NCBI GenBank assembly: GCA_964270895.1 | Contig: OZ185435.1 | Strand: one strand, 5' to 3' | DNA from: Podarcis filfolensis | Lineage: Eukaryota | Length of the DNA stretch: 64,000 bases | Shown: positions 22,986 through 35,845 of the stretch, piece by piece | Layout of the letters: each line of letters begins with the position of its first letter | How positions within the stretch are numbered: the stretch's first letter is position 1 | Made by a program: the position numbers and the translations under genes | The notes under the pieces: model-generated | What the model was told of the DNA's origin: nothing | The model's input: only the letters and a program-made list of their open reading frames with translations | The model's database searches: none

Positions 22986-23360
22986 CTGAAAAAGCACATT
23001 GAGGGAATTAAGTGGTGGAGCAGAAAGGGACTACACTAAAACCAAACAACAACAACAACTCATGCCATAGATGAGACCATTGACTAAATGCACAAAATAC
23101 TACCCAGCTTATGTATTGGGGTCCTTTTGTTTGATTTAATTTTATACCCCCGCACAAGTCATGTATAAAATACAGGATACCAAGGAACAACTAGCTCAGG
23201 GTATTGAAGCAAATGCATTTTGGGTGGCAATACTATGAAATAATGCATGTGAATATGCAAGTCGTAGTGTGATATGCAGTCATGTGCCCAGGAAAAATAA
23301 GCAGTTTTGACCTGCTAATTTATAGGTGAAGCTGCTCCTATCTACTGTAACAGGGAGATA

Positions 23361-23586
23361 CAGTGGTACCTCGAGTTACATACGCTTCAGGTTACAGACT
23401 CCGCTAACCCAGAAATAGTACCTCAGGTTAAGAACTTTGCTTCAGGATGAGGACAGAAATCGTGCTCCGGCTGTGCAGCGGCAGCAGGAGGCCCCATTAG
23501 CTAAAGTGGTGCTTCAGGTTAAGAACAGTTTCAGGTTAAGAACGGACCTCCGGAACGAATTAAGTACTTAACCTGAGGTACCGCTG
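23361..23586. mobile_element. Tc1/mariner (Tigger-like) MITE, 226 bp
   Basis: TA|cagtggtacctcgagtta ... taacctgaggtaccgctg|TA. Confidence 0.88.
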
Positions 23587-23654
23587 TACTGAATAGACTG
23601 GTACCGTAATTTTGAGTTACTGTTTCATCACCTAAGCATTAAGTTTCACTGTAC

Positions 23655-23942
23655 CTTTAATTGTCACTTTTGACTTGCAAGAGTCAGTTCCAGCTGCATT
23701 TGAAGCTTTGCATATATACTCGCCAGAATCAGTCTTAGTAACTGCCTGGACTTCCAAAACAGCGGATCCATTAGCAAAGCTCAAGCTGCATTTATCAGAT
23801 GATCTTAGCTCTTTCCCAGCTTTTAGCCACTGGATTCTGATGGGCTGCGATCCCTTGACATGGCAACTGAGCTGCAAGATTTTACCTTCTTCTATTGTTG
23901 CCGGTTTAAGAGGTTGATCAAATACTGGTGGTTTTTTGGGCT
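23655..23942 (-). CDS. TTN: Ig I79 exon
   Basis: AG..GT, 288 nt; EPKKPPVFDQPLKPATIEEG. Confidence 0.95.
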
Positions 23943-24990
23943 CTGTAATGCCATTCGGAGGTACAAAATAATGAAGCAAGAGAAGAAAAGATGTTAAGAA
24001 TTTCTCTTCCATAACAAGATACAGATCTGGGTTTGAATAAGATTATGCAGCGGATGCTGATGAATCCATTCCATTTTCCCAGTACAGTATTTATATGGTA
24101 GAAGTAGTACAAAAAGAATGGAGGTGTGAAGTATGCATACGTTAAGGTAGCACATAAAGCTGTTATTTTGCAAAGAGAAAGGAATATGAAAGCATTGAAT
24201 TAGCTGCAAAATATGCATTATCGCCTTTTATGTTAGCAGCCCAAAATTTGATGATTTCACACCAATCTACCAAAGATGTACAAGCTAGAAAGGTTGGAAC
24301 AATATATTACACAATTGGTTGCAATCCTTCACCTTCGATACCTTCAATGTGATATTGTTAAGGGGAAAAAAAATTTCAAAGAGTCCTTACATGGATAGCA
24401 GTTCCATGTAAGAAAAAGCAGGCACTCAATATATTGCTTATCTGATCAGACTCTCACAAATGCAGCTATATCTTCAAGTGTTGGGAAGCATTAAACACTT
24501 TCTAACTTTTGAAGCAGTCCTTAATGGATTTATTTGAAAAACATTTTTTTAATGGATGAAATTTTTATGCACTGTTAACAGTAAGTATGAGCACTAATTA
24601 TTTATATTAAAAACTGATGAAAAGATAACTTTTTCAGAAGGCTTAGCATTTACAGAAAAACATCTGGAAGATGTCTTTTTCAAACTATTTTTGCCTCTTC
24701 AAGCATGCATAAAGCGGCATTATTAAAGAGTTTAGTAAACAGCAGAGCATTTTTAATAAGAGAAATGTCAAGTAATGAACAGCTTCAGAAGAATTGCCTA
24801 CTATTTTCCTAATCTTACAGTTTAACTCCTGCAAGTCCTATGAATAAATAAGGTGGGACTGGATTTTATCACCCAGTGTAGAAAAGTAATTGCAATTAAT
24901 GAGTATTCTAGCGCAATTAGACAATCAGAAAACACCAAAAGCTTATGAGCTTAAGAAGAAAAATAAATACCATAGAGGCTTTCAACTGAC

Positions 24991-25281
24991 CTTTAATAAC
25001 CACAGAAGAAGTACAGAGTGCACTCCCAGCCTCATTGGACACTTTGCAGGTATATAAACCTGCATCAGCTTGTCCTGAATTCTTAATTTCAAGGAGAAGA
25101 GTGTTGTTCTTGAATGATATTTCGCAATTAGGGCTTTCATAAATCTCCTGGTTATTCTTGTACCAGGCAACAGTCAAAGGCTGGGAGCCAGAAACACGGC
25201 CCTCAAGTTTAAATGTGTTCCCTTCTGTCTCTTCTACAGTTTCTGACAGCTTTTTGGTGAAGGAAGGTGGAGTCTGTCGTT
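24991..25281 (-). CDS. TTN: Ig I78 exon
   Basis: AG..GT, 291 nt; ERQTPPSFTKKLSETVEETEG. Confidence 0.95.
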
Positions 25282-25949
25282 CTGTCAGAAAGGAAGAAAA
25301 ATCTTTGTCACCCTCCGAACAACTGTCTTCTATTCTCCTGGATTTCCCCGTTTACTGTCAGTGGCTCACATCCAGCAGAACAAACTTGCACTTGCATGAT
25401 GAGACTTCCCATTCTTCTCGGTTTCCCCCGAAGACCAAGTGCTCCCACAAATCTGCTCCAGAGGATTGAGTGCCCCCCAAGAACATATTTGTGGGAGTTC
25501 ATGGGACTGCATGGGGAAGGAGAGGAAGGGGAAGTCCCAATGGACAAATGGAAATCCGCTCACATGCCACGGACTACCACCCAAACACTCTTCAATGCGT
25601 ATTTTCAGTTTCCTCCAGTATGTCTTGTCAAAATACAGATGTTGTGATGTTTTCCAAAGCATCACTTTGTCATTGTAGCTTGAACTCTGAGACCTCCTAG
25701 GCGAGTGGAAGGCACTCATACAAGGGGTCTCCAGAGTTTGTTGATTCCAATGCCAGGTACAGCCACCTCCTGCACTGCATAACACACTATTACAGGTCAT
25801 CCTCTGAAATTCAAATGTGACTTTTTGGAAGATGCAGGGAGAAGTAAACAAAAACAAAACCCTTCCCACATGTGAAAATCTGCTCACTGTTCTTTAGAGA
25901 GAAGCCAATATGATATAATGGAAGCTGGTACAGATTAAGCACCCAGTAC

Positions 25950-26237
25950 CTTTAATATTAAGTTGAGCTGTGCAAGAGTCCTTTCCAACTTCGTTGCTAG
26001 CATGACACGTATATTTCCCAGAATCCCCTTTGCCAACTTTCAGAATTGTCAAATGGGCTATATTTTCCACATAGCTGATCTGGTAGTTCCCTCCAGTTCG
26101 CAGTTCTCGGTTATCCTTTGACCAAGTAACCTTTATTGGGCGTGTTCCAGAAATGTGGCATTCAAAGTCAGCACCATCACCAGCAACGGCGTCAACAGGT
26201 GCAATTGGGATGTCAAAGAACGGAGGAGTCTTCCCTT
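25950..26237 (-). CDS. TTN: Ig I77 exon
   Basis: AG..GT, 288 nt; EGKTPPFFDIPIAPVDA. Confidence 0.95.
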
Positions 26238-26436
26238 CTAAAGATTGGAAGAAGTAAAAATAAGGTGTAACTTTGCACATGTTAATCCAGATGAGTTACG
26301 TTGTTAAGAAAGAAACACATGGTAATTGCAGGAAGAGGCCCAAGTCACAGCATATTCATCATTTAGGATAGGCACGTAAGTGGGGAAACATCCCATTGAT
26401 GACATCAAAGAAAAGTACATTTGACACTTGACAAAC

Positions 26437-26724
26437 CTGTAAGGATGAGTTTGGCACTAGAAGAAGCAGTTCCAATAGCATTGGAAGCTGTGCAAGTATA
26501 TTGTCCGGCAAGACTCATGTCAGTTTGTGAGATCTGCAGAGTTGCAACGTTGTTTAAGTATGACGTTTGCACATTATAGCCATCTCTTATTTGTGCGCCA
26601 TCTTTATACCAGGTTACTTCAATGGGTTCGGAACCAGTAATGCCACAATCAAATGTAATTGGTAATCCAACAGTTTCGTGAATATCTCTTAATTTCCGGG
26701 AAAATGAAGGAGGAAGTTTAAGCT
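26437..26724 (-). CDS. TTN: Ig I76 exon
   Basis: AG..GT, 288 nt; [17 protein letters not shown]. Confidence 0.95.
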
Positions 26725-27691
26725 CTGCAAGGGAACAAATATTGTACATTGGAGTGTTGTTGACTAAATGTTTCAGTTGTTGTACTATATTTCCACTGCT
26801 TAAGATTTTTTCATAGAGATAAATAGTATGCACATTTGTAGCAACATATGTCCCCAATCTAGCTAAAGGCAGTGATGACTAAATCCCATTGAAATAAGTG
26901 AGAATTAGCTTAATTGGCTGCTAAAGTTGAATGGGAGTCATTGTCTTTTTTTCAAACATTACTGATAAATAGTGAATGGCGTAGAAGATGGAATTCATTT
27001 TTAAAGATTAGCCGATGTTTGATTATTCACTATTAGCAAGAACAGAAAGATTGAATCCTGTGGGCAGGAATGAAGTTACGGCATAGAGAAGTTCTAGTCA
27101 GGTCCATGACACAGATGGTTCTATAGTGAAGCATCATAACTTGTTTATATTAAATCTATGGAAACTTTCTGTTGAGGAATAAAGAACAGGTAGAAACATG
27201 GGGATCTTGGGCAGATATATTCTGCACCATGCCATTGATGCACTAATAGTGCAATAGTGATGGATTTAAACTGTCCACACATTATTCCATATTATTACCT
27301 GCCATGCCATGCTTCTCCAGTGTGTTACCCCCTCACTGATAACCTGGAGAGACACTCTTGCACCACAGCACTGCAAAAGTGGGACAAAACCCCTACGCTA
27401 CATGAAACGTGTGGCATGAAAAGTTACAGGATTTTAGCAGGACCCATGGGATGTGCATGGATTGGAAAGAAGCAGCATGTCCACTGTCAAAACTTTGTAG
27501 GCACAAGCAGTTTTGAAAGCCAGATCACTGCTGCAACACCATCATGAGCACACACCACCATGAAGGCACAAGAATAAGGAAGTCCGGGGTCACGGCATAG
27601 AATACATTTCCTGTTCTGACGCACGGGCACATTTTAAAAGAGCAATAAATCATTGTCTCTGGGGCTTTCAAAAGCATATTGCCATATTCAC

Positions 27692-27970
27692 CTTGAACAG
27701 TCAGTAGTGCTGAACAGGAAGCTTCTCCAATACTATTTTCTGCTTTGCAAATATACTCTCCACCATCGTTGCTACCCAGCTGAGTGAACACCAGCGTGGC
27801 AACTTGGTTTTTAAAGTGCATTTTAGAGGTAGCAGTTGCTCTCAGTTTGGTGTCTCCTTTGTACCACGACACAGTGATTTCTGGTGTGCCCGCAATTTGG
27901 CACTGCAGTGATGCAGAATCCCCTACTGTCACCTGAGTAGGTTCCAAGCTTCTGACAAAATAAGGTGGTT
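27692..27970 (-). CDS. TTN: Ig I75 exon
   Basis: AG..GT, 279 nt; [17 protein letters not shown]. Confidence 0.95.
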
Positions 27971-28082
27971 CTAGAGAAGAAGCACACAGACTCAGTTACA
28001 AAACCAGCCAGACCCTTCCACATGTCACAACAACCATAAAGTTAATGAAAAGGGGCGGTCACTTTTAAAACAATCTACAAAC

Positions 28083-28361
28083 CTAGTATTGAGACCGTAG
28101 ACTGTGAATTATCTTGTCCTGAGTCATTTTCTATATGGCAAGAATACAGCCCAGCATCGTCCAGTTTGCTACTAGAGATCTCAAGTATGGCAGATGTTTC
28201 AGTAGTGGTGATACTGTATTTTTCTGACTGTGCTATATTTATAGCATTTTTCCTCCAGGACACTGCAATAGGAGGTGTCCCAGTGTATGTACATTCCAGG
28301 ATTAATTGCTTTCCTTTCTCAACATTGAAGTCATTCAGTTTCTTCACAAATTTCGCTGGTT
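28083..28361 (-). CDS. TTN: Ig I74 exon
   Basis: AG..GT, 279 nt; EPAKFVKKLNDFNVEKG. Confidence 0.95.
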
Positions 28362-28459
28362 CTATCAGAAATAACATGAGAGCAAAAGTTTAAGATAATT
28401 GCCTGAGATTTGGGATTTTGTTCCAGTGTAAACAAAGGAAGCCGAAACAAAGAACAAAC

Positions 28460-28738
28460 CTTTTACAAAGAGTTGGGTTGTGCAAGAGATTTTGCCAGCT
28501 TCGTTACTAACAATGCAAGTATAGTCTCCGCTTTGGGCTGGGAGTACATCAAACAGCTCCAGTTCAGCCACTGATTCTTCCAGAGAGATGTTACATCTAT
28601 GTCCTGGGGATAGTTCAACACTACCCCTAAACCATTTCACATCAAGGGGAAGGCTTCCTTTAATGATACTTGTGAAAGTTATATTTGCCCCAGATAAAAC
28701 TTGCAGAGGTTCTGGTTTCTTCACAAAAGATGGAGGTT
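28460..28738 (-). CDS. TTN: Ig I73 exon
   Basis: AG..GT, 279 nt; EPPSFVKKPEPLQVLSG. Confidence 0.95.
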
Positions 28739-28900
28739 CTAGACATACATAACAAGAGGTTAATGAAACATAGTTATGGTTGAAAGGCAAGCAGCTGCAT
28801 TTACAAAAGATATAAAGAATATAAGGAACATGTGGTTTTTTTAAAAAAAACCAACCCCTGATATCCTGTTCTTATTATCTACCTAAGTTTCAGTATTTAC

Positions 28901-29188
28901 CTCTGACAATGAAATATGCATCACATTCATCAGATCCAGCTACATTAGTTGCCGTGCAAATGTAATTTCCAGCATCTGACTCTTGAACAGCATTCACTCT
29001 TAAAGAGCAAGTGTTATCTGTAAGAGTTGCTTGATACTTTTCTCCACTAGTGATCTCTTCTCCATCATGGAACCAAAAAACAGAAATGGGAGGTGACCCA
29101 ATTACTTTGCACTCAAGTACAGCAGATGAACCCAAGAGCCCATGTGTTTCCTTCAGCTTCTTTGTGAATGAAGGTGGTATAATGCGAT
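28901..29188 (-). CDS. TTN: Ig I72 exon
   Basis: AG..GT, 288 nt; DRIIPPSFTKKLKETHG. Confidence 0.95.
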
Positions 29189-29339
29189 CTGTGGAGCACA
29201 AAGCAAAGATAGAAACATTATGGCATGTTAAGTTTAGTTTAAAAAAGTAATAGATTCCCAAGGGCTTAACAATAATTAAACTATTTATTGGCATAAGAAG
29301 TTTGAGATGGATCTTGAAAGCAGGCATATGCACTCTCTT

Positions 29340-29600
29340 CATTTTAGAGGCATGTCCATGGCTTCTCCTTGTCTCCACATCCGGTATTGTGGGTCCAATT
29401 ATGTGGAACTCTCTCCTAGCCAACATTAGAGCAGCCCACTCTCTGTTCAACATCAGGTGCTTTTTGAAGACCTTCTTATTTCAGTAGGCATTTTAAGGAA
29501 GCTTTCCATCTTTAATCATTCACTTAAATTTATTTTATCCGCTGTCTGGTTTGATCGTACAGCACTTGGAAATTTCAGTGGTTAAGCAGTATAGGAAATC
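29340..29600 (+). mobile_element. L2 LINE 3'-end remnant
   Basis: tggaactctctcc...gaagaccttcttatttcagtaggcatttta, L2-like 3' end; related to 37005-37340; boundaries approximate. Confidence 0.55.
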
Positions 29601-29663
29601 ACTGAATTAGATAAGTCCATATATCAAGATGCAGATGGGATATTCTCAAGACATTCAACTAAC

Positions 29664-29942
29664 CTGAAACTTGGACTGATGCTTTGCAACTGCTTTGGCC
29701 TACATTGTTTTTCACCTCAAACGTATATTCTCCACTGTCCTCTACTCCTGTATTCAGAATCTTAAGCCCAGCTACTTTGTTGAAGAAAGTGATTTTGTAT
29801 TTGTGGTCAGAAGAGAGCTCGTGTCCGTTCTTGAACCACCGAGCAGTCAGCTCTGGTGTCCCAGCTACTGTACACTCCAAAGTACAAGAATCTCCAGTTG
29901 TGACTTTCATTGGTCCTGGTTTCTCCACTATAGATGCTGGCT
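29664..29942 (-). CDS. TTN: Ig I71 exon
   Basis: AG..GT, 279 nt; EPASIVEKPGPMKVTTG. Confidence 0.95.
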
Positions 29943-30051
29943 CTGGAATAAGATGCAAAACGAGTCACATTTGTAAATAAGATGTTAATATGTTAAAATA
30001 TTTATTCTTCCATATGCTTTTGTGTTGTTGTTGTTTTTACTCTATACCAAC

Positions 30052-30333
30052 CTAGAACTGATAAAGTAGCAAAACACTCCTGACTTCCGGCATCGTTTTT
30101 AATCTGGCAGGTATATTTCCCAGTGTTGCTTGGCTCTGCATTTACAACCTGAAGGATGGCAACTTTATCGGAATATGACATCCAGACATTTTCACTTTCT
30201 CTGATGATTTCACCTTTGTCTTTCATCCAAACAACAGAAATTGGCTCAGAACCTTCTACCGTAGCTTGCAGTTCTGCTGGATCCCCAACAACGGCAGTGG
30301 TATCATTAAGTTTCTTCACAAACCTTGGGGGTC
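30052..30333 (-). CDS. TTN: Ig I70 exon
   Basis: AG..GT, 282 nt; GPPRFVKKLNDTTAVVG. Confidence 0.95.
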
Positions 30334-30432
30334 CTGATCAAGAGGTGGAAAATATATAAGTGATGGAAAAGAGAGTAAGATTTTAAAAACCTGGAGTGGC
30401 CGGGGAAAACATGGCAATGGAAAGTAACCAAC

Positions 30433-30711
30433 CTTTCAGCATCACAGAGCAGATGCAAGTGTCACTTCCCACATCATTGACAGCTTTACAGTGATATTCC
30501 CCAATGTCTGCCGCGTCAACGTTGAGAATGTGAATGCTAGCAAGGTAATTCTCAGACAAAATCTTGTACTTTTTGCTGCTTCTTATTTCTCTTTTATCTT
30601 TGTACCATGAAACATGGAAGGGAGGAGTGCCTTGAAGCTCACATTCAAGGTGAACATCGAAACCTTTCAGAGTCTCTACTGGCCGTGGTTTCTTGCGGAA
30701 AACAGGAGGAG
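30433..30711 (-). CDS. TTN: Ig I69 exon
   Basis: AG..GT, 279 nt; APPVFRKKPRPVETLKG. Confidence 0.95.
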
Positions 30712-30972
30712 CTACAAAAGAGGAGGTTTGGATTTCTGTTAAATGCAAAGGAGCAACGTTTGAAAGAACAGAGAACACACCATTAAGAATGAAGGATTGC
30801 AAGGAAATGGGAGAGAAGAGACATGCAAAGGAAATTTCCCATTCCAAATAAAGGGGCCTACTAGTGGCCTTTAATGGAAACTGATATCGGCTTGCTTAGT
30901 AGGAGACGGCAAGCCCTTGCAACCTTCTACAACAGGAAGAGTAGAGAAAGCAAAGGAAGAGCAGGTTCTGAC

Positions 30973-31254
30973 CTTTCACTTTCAGTGAAGTACTGCTGTT
31001 CGCACTACCCGCTGCATTTTGGGCTTCGCAAGTGTAGTCTCCACTGTCGTCAACACTCAGACTGTGCATTTCAATGACTGCCACAGAATCGATGAATGAC
31101 ATGCTGAATTTGTCACTGGGATGGATTTGAGTTTCACCCTTGTACCACACAATGTTAATTTCTGGAGAGCCACCTATTCTGCATTCAAATCTAGTCGAAT
31201 CGTGCTCTTTCACAACCCTGGAGGAGTCTAACTTCTTAATAAACCTCGGTGGCT
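30973..31254 (-). CDS. TTN: Ig I68 exon
   Basis: AG..GT, 282 nt; EPPRFIKKLDSSRVVKEH. Confidence 0.95.
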
Positions 31255-32245
31255 CTATTAAAAAACAACAACAAGGAAAGGAAATGAATACATAAAATTG
31301 CTTGTGTTAATTTTGAAAGATCTCAGGAATGTGTGTCATCTATATTAGCTATCAAAGTGTACTGGCAAAGAGTTTACGGTCAATCTACGGAGGCAAACTG
31401 ATCCCTTACAAGTCAAGCCATAGAGCACTCAAGAACAGTTCAATACCCACTCAGATTCCTTCTAAACGTACAATATCTGAAGGCTGATTTCTCTACGTAA
31501 TATGATTTCAGCTCCAGCCTGAAGTTTTCCCTTAGGCTTGTCTATGTCCAGTTAAAGTTATGGAAGTTCATAACCCTCTTGCCCATTTAAATAACGGCTG
31601 CATGGGTTGCAATCCAGTGGTGTCCCTCCGCTGGACTTATTGAGTGAAAGATTCCATTGGAAGAATGAGAAGGAAATGTTTGCAATTTCCCCTCCCAGCA
31701 GCAGCCCCAGGCACCCATCAAAAGTGTTCCAGAGGGTTGGGGGATCCTTTCAAACATTGTGGAAGGTGGTATGAGAGGTTGTGGACTGCGGGGAGGGAGA
31801 ATTGCTTGACGTCACCTCCCTCCCTGTTCCACTGATGGAAGCCTCCAGTGGATCCAAGAGCCTTCTATCAATGGAGAGAGAAGACTGGATACAACACTGT
31901 ATTTTCTTATCGCACGAATAAACCCCAAGTTTTTTTTCTTATTCTGGACCACAGATTTCCCAGCTTAATCGCACTTCAGTGGAAAACATGATACCACAAC
32001 TCAAGTGTCACATATTAAAAGGAGAGTCTATGTTCAGCCTGTTTACGGCCTAATAAATTTCCGCAGGCTGCTAATTTTAAACAGGCTTGTAAGCAATAAA
32101 CGAAAACCCCGGTGTGGTATTAACATGCTCAAGAAAATAACTTCAAGAAGATTTTTATCAGCTGTTACTCTAGATACAGAATGCCACCCACTTGTGCCCA
32201 TTTTAGCTGGAAGATTCAAACGTGTCTTTATTTTTACAAAATGGG

Positions 32246-32333
32246 GGAGGAGGAGGAGGAGGAGGAGGAGGAGGAGGAAGAAGAAGAAGAAGAAGAAGAA
32301 GAAGAAGAAGAAGAAGAAGAAGAAGAAGAAGAA
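32246..32333. repeat. Compound microsatellite (GGA)n(GAA)n
   Basis: About 10 GGA then about 18 AAG units; ends ~25 nt into the intron after the I67 donor. Confidence 0.98.
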
Positions 32334-32358
32334 ATGACAGCACTTTCCATCAAATTAC

Positions 32359-32646
32359 CTTTGAAACTCAGCTGAGCGCCACAAGAATCCTTCCCAGCAC
32401 TGTTGCTTGCATAACAAGTATACAGTCCACCATCACCTTTGCCTACTTTAAGAATGGTCAGTGTGGCAGTGTTTTCTACCAGTGTAATTTTGTAATTGCC
32501 ACCAGGGCGGATCTCACGGTTATCTTTTGCCCAGCTGACTTTCATTGGCACTGAACCTGTGACATGACACTTGAAAGAACCACTTTCCCCAAGAGCAACG
32601 TCAAGGGGCAAAGGCTTCACATCAAAGAATGGTGGTTTCAGGTGTT
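32359..32646 (-). CDS. TTN: Ig I67 exon
   Basis: AG..GTAAT, 288 nt; EHLKPPFFDVKPLPLDVALG. Confidence 0.95.
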
Positions 32647-32809
32647 CTAAGGAAAAGAAAGAAAATCAAAAAGTGAAAAGGCATGGCAGGACGTATTGCC
32701 TTCCCTTCAAACAGCAAACTCTTAGCCTGTTGTTACAGCCCTGTGACTTGTTCACGTTCTTTAAAACTGAACCAGCATGCAACAACTTCGGACTTAGTTG
32801 TTTACAAAC

Positions 32810-33097
32810 CTGTGAGTAGGAGCTTGGCACTGGAAGAAGCAGTCCCAAGAGCATTGTGAGCTGTGCAAGTGTACTGGCCAGCGTGAGCCATGGAGGTTTG
32901 CAAGATCTGAAGCGTCGCTATATTGCTTAAGAAGGTGGTTTGAATGTTGTCGTCATCTCTCAGCTGCACCCCATCCTTTGACCAAGACACTTCAAGTGGC
33001 TCAGAGCCAACAATGCGGCAGTCAAAGGCTATAGGAGAACCAAGAGTCTCCTGCACGTCTTTCAGTTTTCTCGTGAATGAAGGAGGAAGTTTAACAT
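32810..33097 (-). CDS. TTN: Ig I66 exon
   Basis: AG..GT, 288 nt; [17 protein letters not shown]. Confidence 0.95.
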
Positions 33098-33554
33098 CTG
33101 CAAAAAAATAAATTGCAGGGTATGATAACTGGCCATGCAAGAAGACTAAAAAGAATACCTGGGCCAGTATGCCCTGCACATGTGGAGAATTCCAATAAAA
33201 AGAAACAGAGCCATGTTCTCTGTTCCTAAGCCCTCATGCCCCCCACCCATATGGGCACACACAGGGAACAGGAGGTCTGTGTGTGCCTCCCATACCCTCA
33301 TCCAGTCATCCCTTTCGAACTCATGCAAGTTCAGTAATTTGCAGGGTTTGGAGAAAGGAAGGAAGGCTGCACAGAGACACAGGAAGAACTCAGCGATATC
33401 TCAGTCTCCTTACAGCTCAGCAAAGCAGCTTGCGGACATGCTGAGAGCCCCGTCACCATGCCTGTGATTCAAGTGGGTCACACACTTCAGCATATTACAC
33501 ACAAACGTTGTGTGTCATATGACAAGGGTCAATTATTTTAAAAAGAGCCATCAC

Positions 33555-33833
33555 CTTTGATGGTGATTGTTGTCATTGAAGTAGCAAACCCAACGCTGTT
33601 TTCTGCTTTGCAGGTGTATTCGCCAATGTCAGCGTTCTCTACCCGGCTGAAAGCGAGTGAAGCCACATTGTTCTTGAAGTGCATTTTATAAGCCTGTGTA
33701 GATCTTAGTTTGGTATCGCCTTTGTACCATGACACTTTAATTTCCGGTGTTCCAGCCACTTGGCACTGTAAAGTTGCAGGCTCTCCGATGGTCACCTCCA
33801 AGTGATCCAAGTGCTTAACAAAATGAGGTGGTT
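33555..33833 (-). CDS. TTN: Ig I65 exon
   Basis: AG..GT, 279 nt; [17 protein letters not shown]. Confidence 0.95.
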
Positions 33834-33938
33834 CTGCAGCAGAAATAATCATAGTCAATACCCACAGTCAATCTAAGCACATCAGAAGATGGCAATTAGT
33901 ACAAGAATAGTTAACCAACTATTAAGACAGCAACACAC

Positions 33939-34217
33939 CTATGATTGATACCAGGGCGTGACATACATCCTCCCCAGCATCATTTGCAACTTCACAGATA
34001 TATTGTCCTTCATCTTCTGTAGAACTATTAAGAATTTCCAGAATGCCTGATTTTTCTGTGGTGGTTATATTGCATTTTGGAGACTGTGTGATGTTTAAGC
34101 CGTTCTTCTTCCACGTTACTGCGAGTGGAGGAGTTCCGCTGAATGTGCTTTCTAGAATTATGGATTTCCCATGTTCTACGCTGAAATCGCTCAGCTTCTT
34201 CACAAACACAGCAGGCT
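33939..34217 (-). CDS. TTN: Ig I64 exon
   Basis: AG..GT, 279 nt; EPAVFVKKLSDFSVEHG. Confidence 0.95.
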
Positions 34218-34356
34218 CTAAGATAAAGTCATATGAAAGAAGTGGTTAAACCAAGAACTGCAATATGGGTGTCTCTCTATGTGTGTGTGTATATCACACG
34301 GACATGCACACACACTTAACATGTGTACATGCCATAATAATAGCATTTGGACAAAC

Positions 34357-34635
34357 CTTTTACAAAAAGATGTGTGGTGCAAGAAGCACTGCCAGCATCG
34401 TTCGTGGCAAGGCAGGTGTAATCTCCAGTCTGGAGTGGCCCCACTTCGAACAATTCCAGTTCCGCAGATGAATCTGCCAAGGTGATGTTGCACGTTTTCC
34501 CTGGCACCAGTTCTCTACTCCCCTTAAACCAGTTCACTTTGAACGGAGGAGTTCCCCTAATCAGACTCCTGAACGTTACACTCATTCCAGGTAAAACCTC
34601 CAGCGGGTCTGGCGTCTTTGCAAAAGAGGGTGGTT
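34357..34635 (-). CDS. TTN: Ig I63 exon
   Basis: AG..GT, 279 nt; EPPSFAKTPDPLEVLPG. Confidence 0.95.
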
Positions 34636-34775
34636 CTAGAATTACACACAACATTTAAAAAGTTAACGCAAATGTGCCAGGTAGCTAACATCTGTATAAA
34701 ACAGGTTGTCAAGAAAGCAAGATAAACACGCACGGGAAAGATTTGCAACGGATGCCTTGTCTATCCTTTACTGAC

Positions 34776-35063
34776 CTTGCACTGTCAAAAAGGCACTGCA
34801 TTCGTCAGAACCGGCTACATTCTGGGCAGCACAGGTGTAGGGACCTGTATCAGAAGAGTCCAGAGCATTCACCTTCAAAGCACAGACATTATCTGAAAAG
34901 CCGGTTTCGTATTTGTCCCCTGGGAAAATTTCATTTCCTCCATAAAACCAAGTGACTGAAATAGGAAGGGAGCCGGCAACTTTACACTCCAAAACAACCG
35001 AGGAGCCCTGCACACCAAAGGTTTCTTTCAATCTTCTTATAAAAGAAGGAGGGACGACGTGGT
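34776..35063 (-). CDS. TTN: Ig I62 exon
   Basis: AG..GT, 288 nt; DHVVPPSFIRRLKETFG. Confidence 0.95.
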
Positions 35064-35156
35064 CTGGGTAGAAAAAGGCAACAAAGAGCCAAATTTTAAG
35101 AGGAGAAACGACAGAAGAGAAGGGCAAATGAGAAACAAAAAAGATCCCAAGCTAAC

Positions 35157-35435
35157 CTGAAATGTCGACGGAGGAAGTGCAGCTGCTTTTTCCCACTTCG
35201 TTGTGCACTTCAAAAGTGTACAATCCCCTGTCATTCATGTCTGCAGAGAGAACCTTAAGTGTCGCCACCTTGTTGGAAAAGCTGATTTGGTGCTTGCGGC
35301 TGTTGGTGAGTTCTCTTCCGTCCTTAAACCACTTGGTAATTAGTTCTGGAGTGCCACCCACCACGCACTCCAGAGTAAAAGCATTGCCAGAGGTCACCGT
35401 CATGGGCTCGGGCTTCTCTAAAATCACAGCCGGCT
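35157..35435 (-). CDS. TTN: Ig I61 exon
   Basis: AG..GT, 279 nt; EPAVILEKPEPMTVTSG. Confidence 0.95.
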
Positions 35436-35563
35436 CTGGAATGAGGGAGACAATCCAGAAAACTTGAGTTTTGAGAAAACCAAGACTTACGAAGCAAATT
35501 AGCTGCAATGGCAAAGGCAGCCAAGATTCAATTCTTTAGAAGGGGATGGGTGCCTGTACCAAC

Positions 35564-35845
35564 CTAGGACTTGTAAATGCCCTGCGCATTCTCTCATTCC
35601 AGCATCATTTTTAATCTGGCAGATGTATTTCCCGCTGTTGGTGGCTTCGGCACTTGCAATCTGAAGAGTTGCGATGTTATCCGAAAAGGAAATCTTGAGG
35701 TTTTCGCTTTCCCGTATTATTTCGCCTTTGTCCTTAAGCCAAATGACGGAAATGGGTTGGGAGCCTTCTACTACGGCCCGCAGTGCTGTGGGTTCCCCGG
35801 CATAGGTGGAGGTTTCGCTCAGCTTCTTAACAAACCGAGGAGGTT
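35564..35845 (-). CDS. TTN: Ig I60 exon
   Basis: AG..GT, 282 nt; EPPRFVKKLSETSTYAG. Confidence 0.95.

Noticed and set aside
32005-32554. ORFs with poly-R/K, poly-E, poly-G and poly-S runs
   Set aside because: These are translations of the (GGA)n(GAA)n microsatellite in an intron; only 32359-32646 is a real exon.
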